In this document: in pieces, positions 62,160 through 64,000 of the stretch
Numbering within the stretch: position 1 is the stretch's first letter
Layout of the letters: the number at the start of each line of letters is the position of its first letter
Assembly: GCF_018350175.1 (NCBI RefSeq)
Contig: NC_058369.1
Span: 6,326,001 to 6,390,000, forward strand
Reading direction: 5' to 3'
Source of the DNA: Felis catus
Lineage: Eukaryota
DNA: 64,000 nucleotides
The notes under the pieces: generated by a model
What the model was told of the DNA's origin: nothing
The model's input: only the letters and a program-made list of their open reading frames with translations
Databases searched by the model: none
Translations under genes and position numbers: made by a program

Positions 62160-63799
62160 GTGAGTCTGGGGGTCCGGGAGCGGGCGGGGAGCGGCGCGGT
62201 GGGGAGGGCGCCCCTTGCCAAAATGGAGCCCACCGCCGTGGACCCAGAGCCCTCCTCGGGGTGCGCGCGTGTGTCGGGTTGGGGGGGGCGCGGTGCGCGT
62301 GGCCGGGAAGGTAGCTTGGGCCCCGCGCGGGGGCGGGATGCCGCTGACCTTGGCCTTTGCCCGCCTGGGCTCGCGGTTCCGCGCGCAGTGTGCGGGCCCC
62401 GGGCCGGAGGAACCTTGCCCCAGTGCCCGTCCCGCTGCGGGTGCCTTTCCCGAGCGCGCCTCGGACCCGTGTGTGGCTCTCTGCGACCTCGGCTCGCTCC
62501 GGAGACGGGACACGCGTCCTCCTGGGTCCCCTGTGAAGTGGGGTCTCCGGGTCCAGGCGGCCGAATGCCGGCGGCGCACACGGTTTGGAGCCAGAGTCGA
62601 GGGTCCCTTGGGGTCCCCGCGGATAGATGTCCTAGGCGGGGGAATTGTAGAATCCTACCCTCCTCCTCAGATCTAGGCCCGTGGCTACCCGCACTTCAGA
62701 TCCATGTTTACACTTTCGGGTGCCGTTTCCAGATGTCCGGAGGCAAACTCTAGCGCCTTGGCAACCGGGCCTTTGTTGTAGCAGAAGCCCTGGCGGCTCT
62801 ATCACGATTATTATGGTTAGTGCCACCAAATACCCCGGGCTTATCTCCCTGGACCTTCACACTGGCCCCTGGAGGTTGGTACTGTTGTTTGCCCATTGCA
62901 TAGAGGAGCAAACTGAGGCTCAGGTAGGAGACCGTTCAATTTGCCCAAAAGTCAGTGCCGGAGGGAGAACTCGAACCTTTCTATTGGTGGCCTGGCTAGG
63001 CTAGGCTCTGGACTGCTGCTGGATGTCCCGTGTCTCCCCATGGCCCCCACCTCCCCCTCCAGGTCTGCCCTTCCTGAAGGAGTTTTACCTGCCAGCCCAG
63101 GGAGGTCTCTCACCTCAGGTGAGCCTCTCAGGCCCCGCCCCACCCACGGACTTCCCTCCTGGGCCTCCCCGTGCTGGTAGCAGATGGAGTGGAGGCAAAA
63201 ACCAACTCCAGCTCTTTGGGCTTGATGGCAGTCCTTTCCGGCTGTGGGGCAAGGAATGAAGAATCCTTCCAGAGAACATGGCTGGAGTTTCCCGACTGGT
63301 GCCGGAGGCCCCACTTTAAAAATATCTGTTGGGTTATGTTTTCAGAATTTTCCATAAAAGGAAATCAGTCATGATGAGGAAGGGGTCGGGGAGGGAAGGA
63401 ACAGAAGCTCCTGAGTTCCCTGGAAGGGAACGAGGTCCGTGAGAAAACACACAGAGGCTCTGGAGGGGACAACCCAGGTTTGCTGAGCACCTGTCTCAGC
63501 TATGCGGTGGCTCCGAGGCCTGGGTGCTCGGGGTACGGTGGGCTCTCAAGAAGGGTGACCATGGCTTTGGGTTCTTGTTCAGAAAATCCAAGACCAACGT
63601 TAGACCTGTTCCAGGTTTTGTGTATGTATGTGCGTATGCACCCATGTACATGTGGTTCCCTGCTCTTCTGTTCCTTGTAGCTTTGGTGATTGTGGATTTG
63701 TGCCTGGGCTTCCAGGGGCCAGTAGATGGATTTATCACTTCTTTCCACGTTTGCAGTTTCCACAAGGGCGGAGGCTTATGTGTCTTTCTTTCTTCTTTA

Positions 63800-64000
63800 G
63801 TGTTTATTTTTGAGAGAGAGGGGGAGAGAGAGAGAGAGAGAGAGAGAGTATGTGCGCATGCGTGCACAAGTTGGGGGTGGGGTGGGCAGAGAGAGAAGGG
63901 GACAGAGGATCCCAGGTGGGCGCTGTGCTGACAGCCCAATGTGGGGCTCGAACTCACGAACCGCGAGATCATGACCTAAGCCGAAGTCGGATGCTTACCC
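63800..64000 (-). mobile_element. CanSINE in INSR intron 1, cut by the window edge
   Basis: (GA)n, ggggctcgaactc, gagatcatgacc. Confidence 0.9.

Larger units (their letters stand above)
61040..62640 (+). promoter_or_regulatory. INSR: INSR CpG island: TATA-less promoter and GC-rich 5' UTR
   Basis: Very high CpG and GC density; clustered GGGCGG Sp1 boxes at about 61470-61510; directly upstream of and across exon 1. Confidence 0.93.

Noticed and set aside
61212..62753. Long ORFs (455, 458 and 314 aa) over the INSR promoter
   Set aside because: Stop-codon scarcity in a CpG island; Pro/Arg/Gly/Ala low complexity with no domain.
1859..64000. tRNA genes and recurrent GAWVAQSV.../ETEHERGRG... ORFs
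   Set aside because: These are tRNA-derived CanSINE heads and their translations, followed by (CT)n and A-tails.

Overview
Mammalian genomic DNA from a felid (cat-like), judged by about 60 carnivore tRNA-derived CanSINEs, including near-identical young felid-type copies. The window spans a head-to-head gene pair. On the right, the insulin receptor gene INSR starts on the + strand in a CpG island; its coding exon 1 is 62060-62159, preceded by a 10-codon uORF and a perfect FOXO element. On the left, the 5' end of the long isoform of ARHGEF18 lies on the - strand, as expected from the INSR/ARHGEF18 arrangement at human 19p13.2. It shows a 125-nt first coding exon (7405-7281, MEDEQ) apparently ending in a GC donor, a probable first exon ending at 19827, and two further candidate in-frame first exons. 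The rest is intron or intergenic DNA dominated by SINEs, L1/L2/MIR fragments and old DNA transposons (MER53, MER58, MER63, MER47, MER20, and a Ricksha-like MULE with a transposase remnant). It also holds two LTR relics, microsatellites and a 2-kb minisatellite with higher-order structure. Nearly all ORFs in the six-frame track are spurious. No convincing new multi-gene system was found. The best leads are the N-terminally extendable ARHGEF18 isoforms, the higher-order minisatellite, an orphan promoter at about 29.5-30 kb and the MULE remnant. Repeat family names and human comparisons are from recall and need RepeatMasker or BLAST confirmation; repeat boundaries are approximate.
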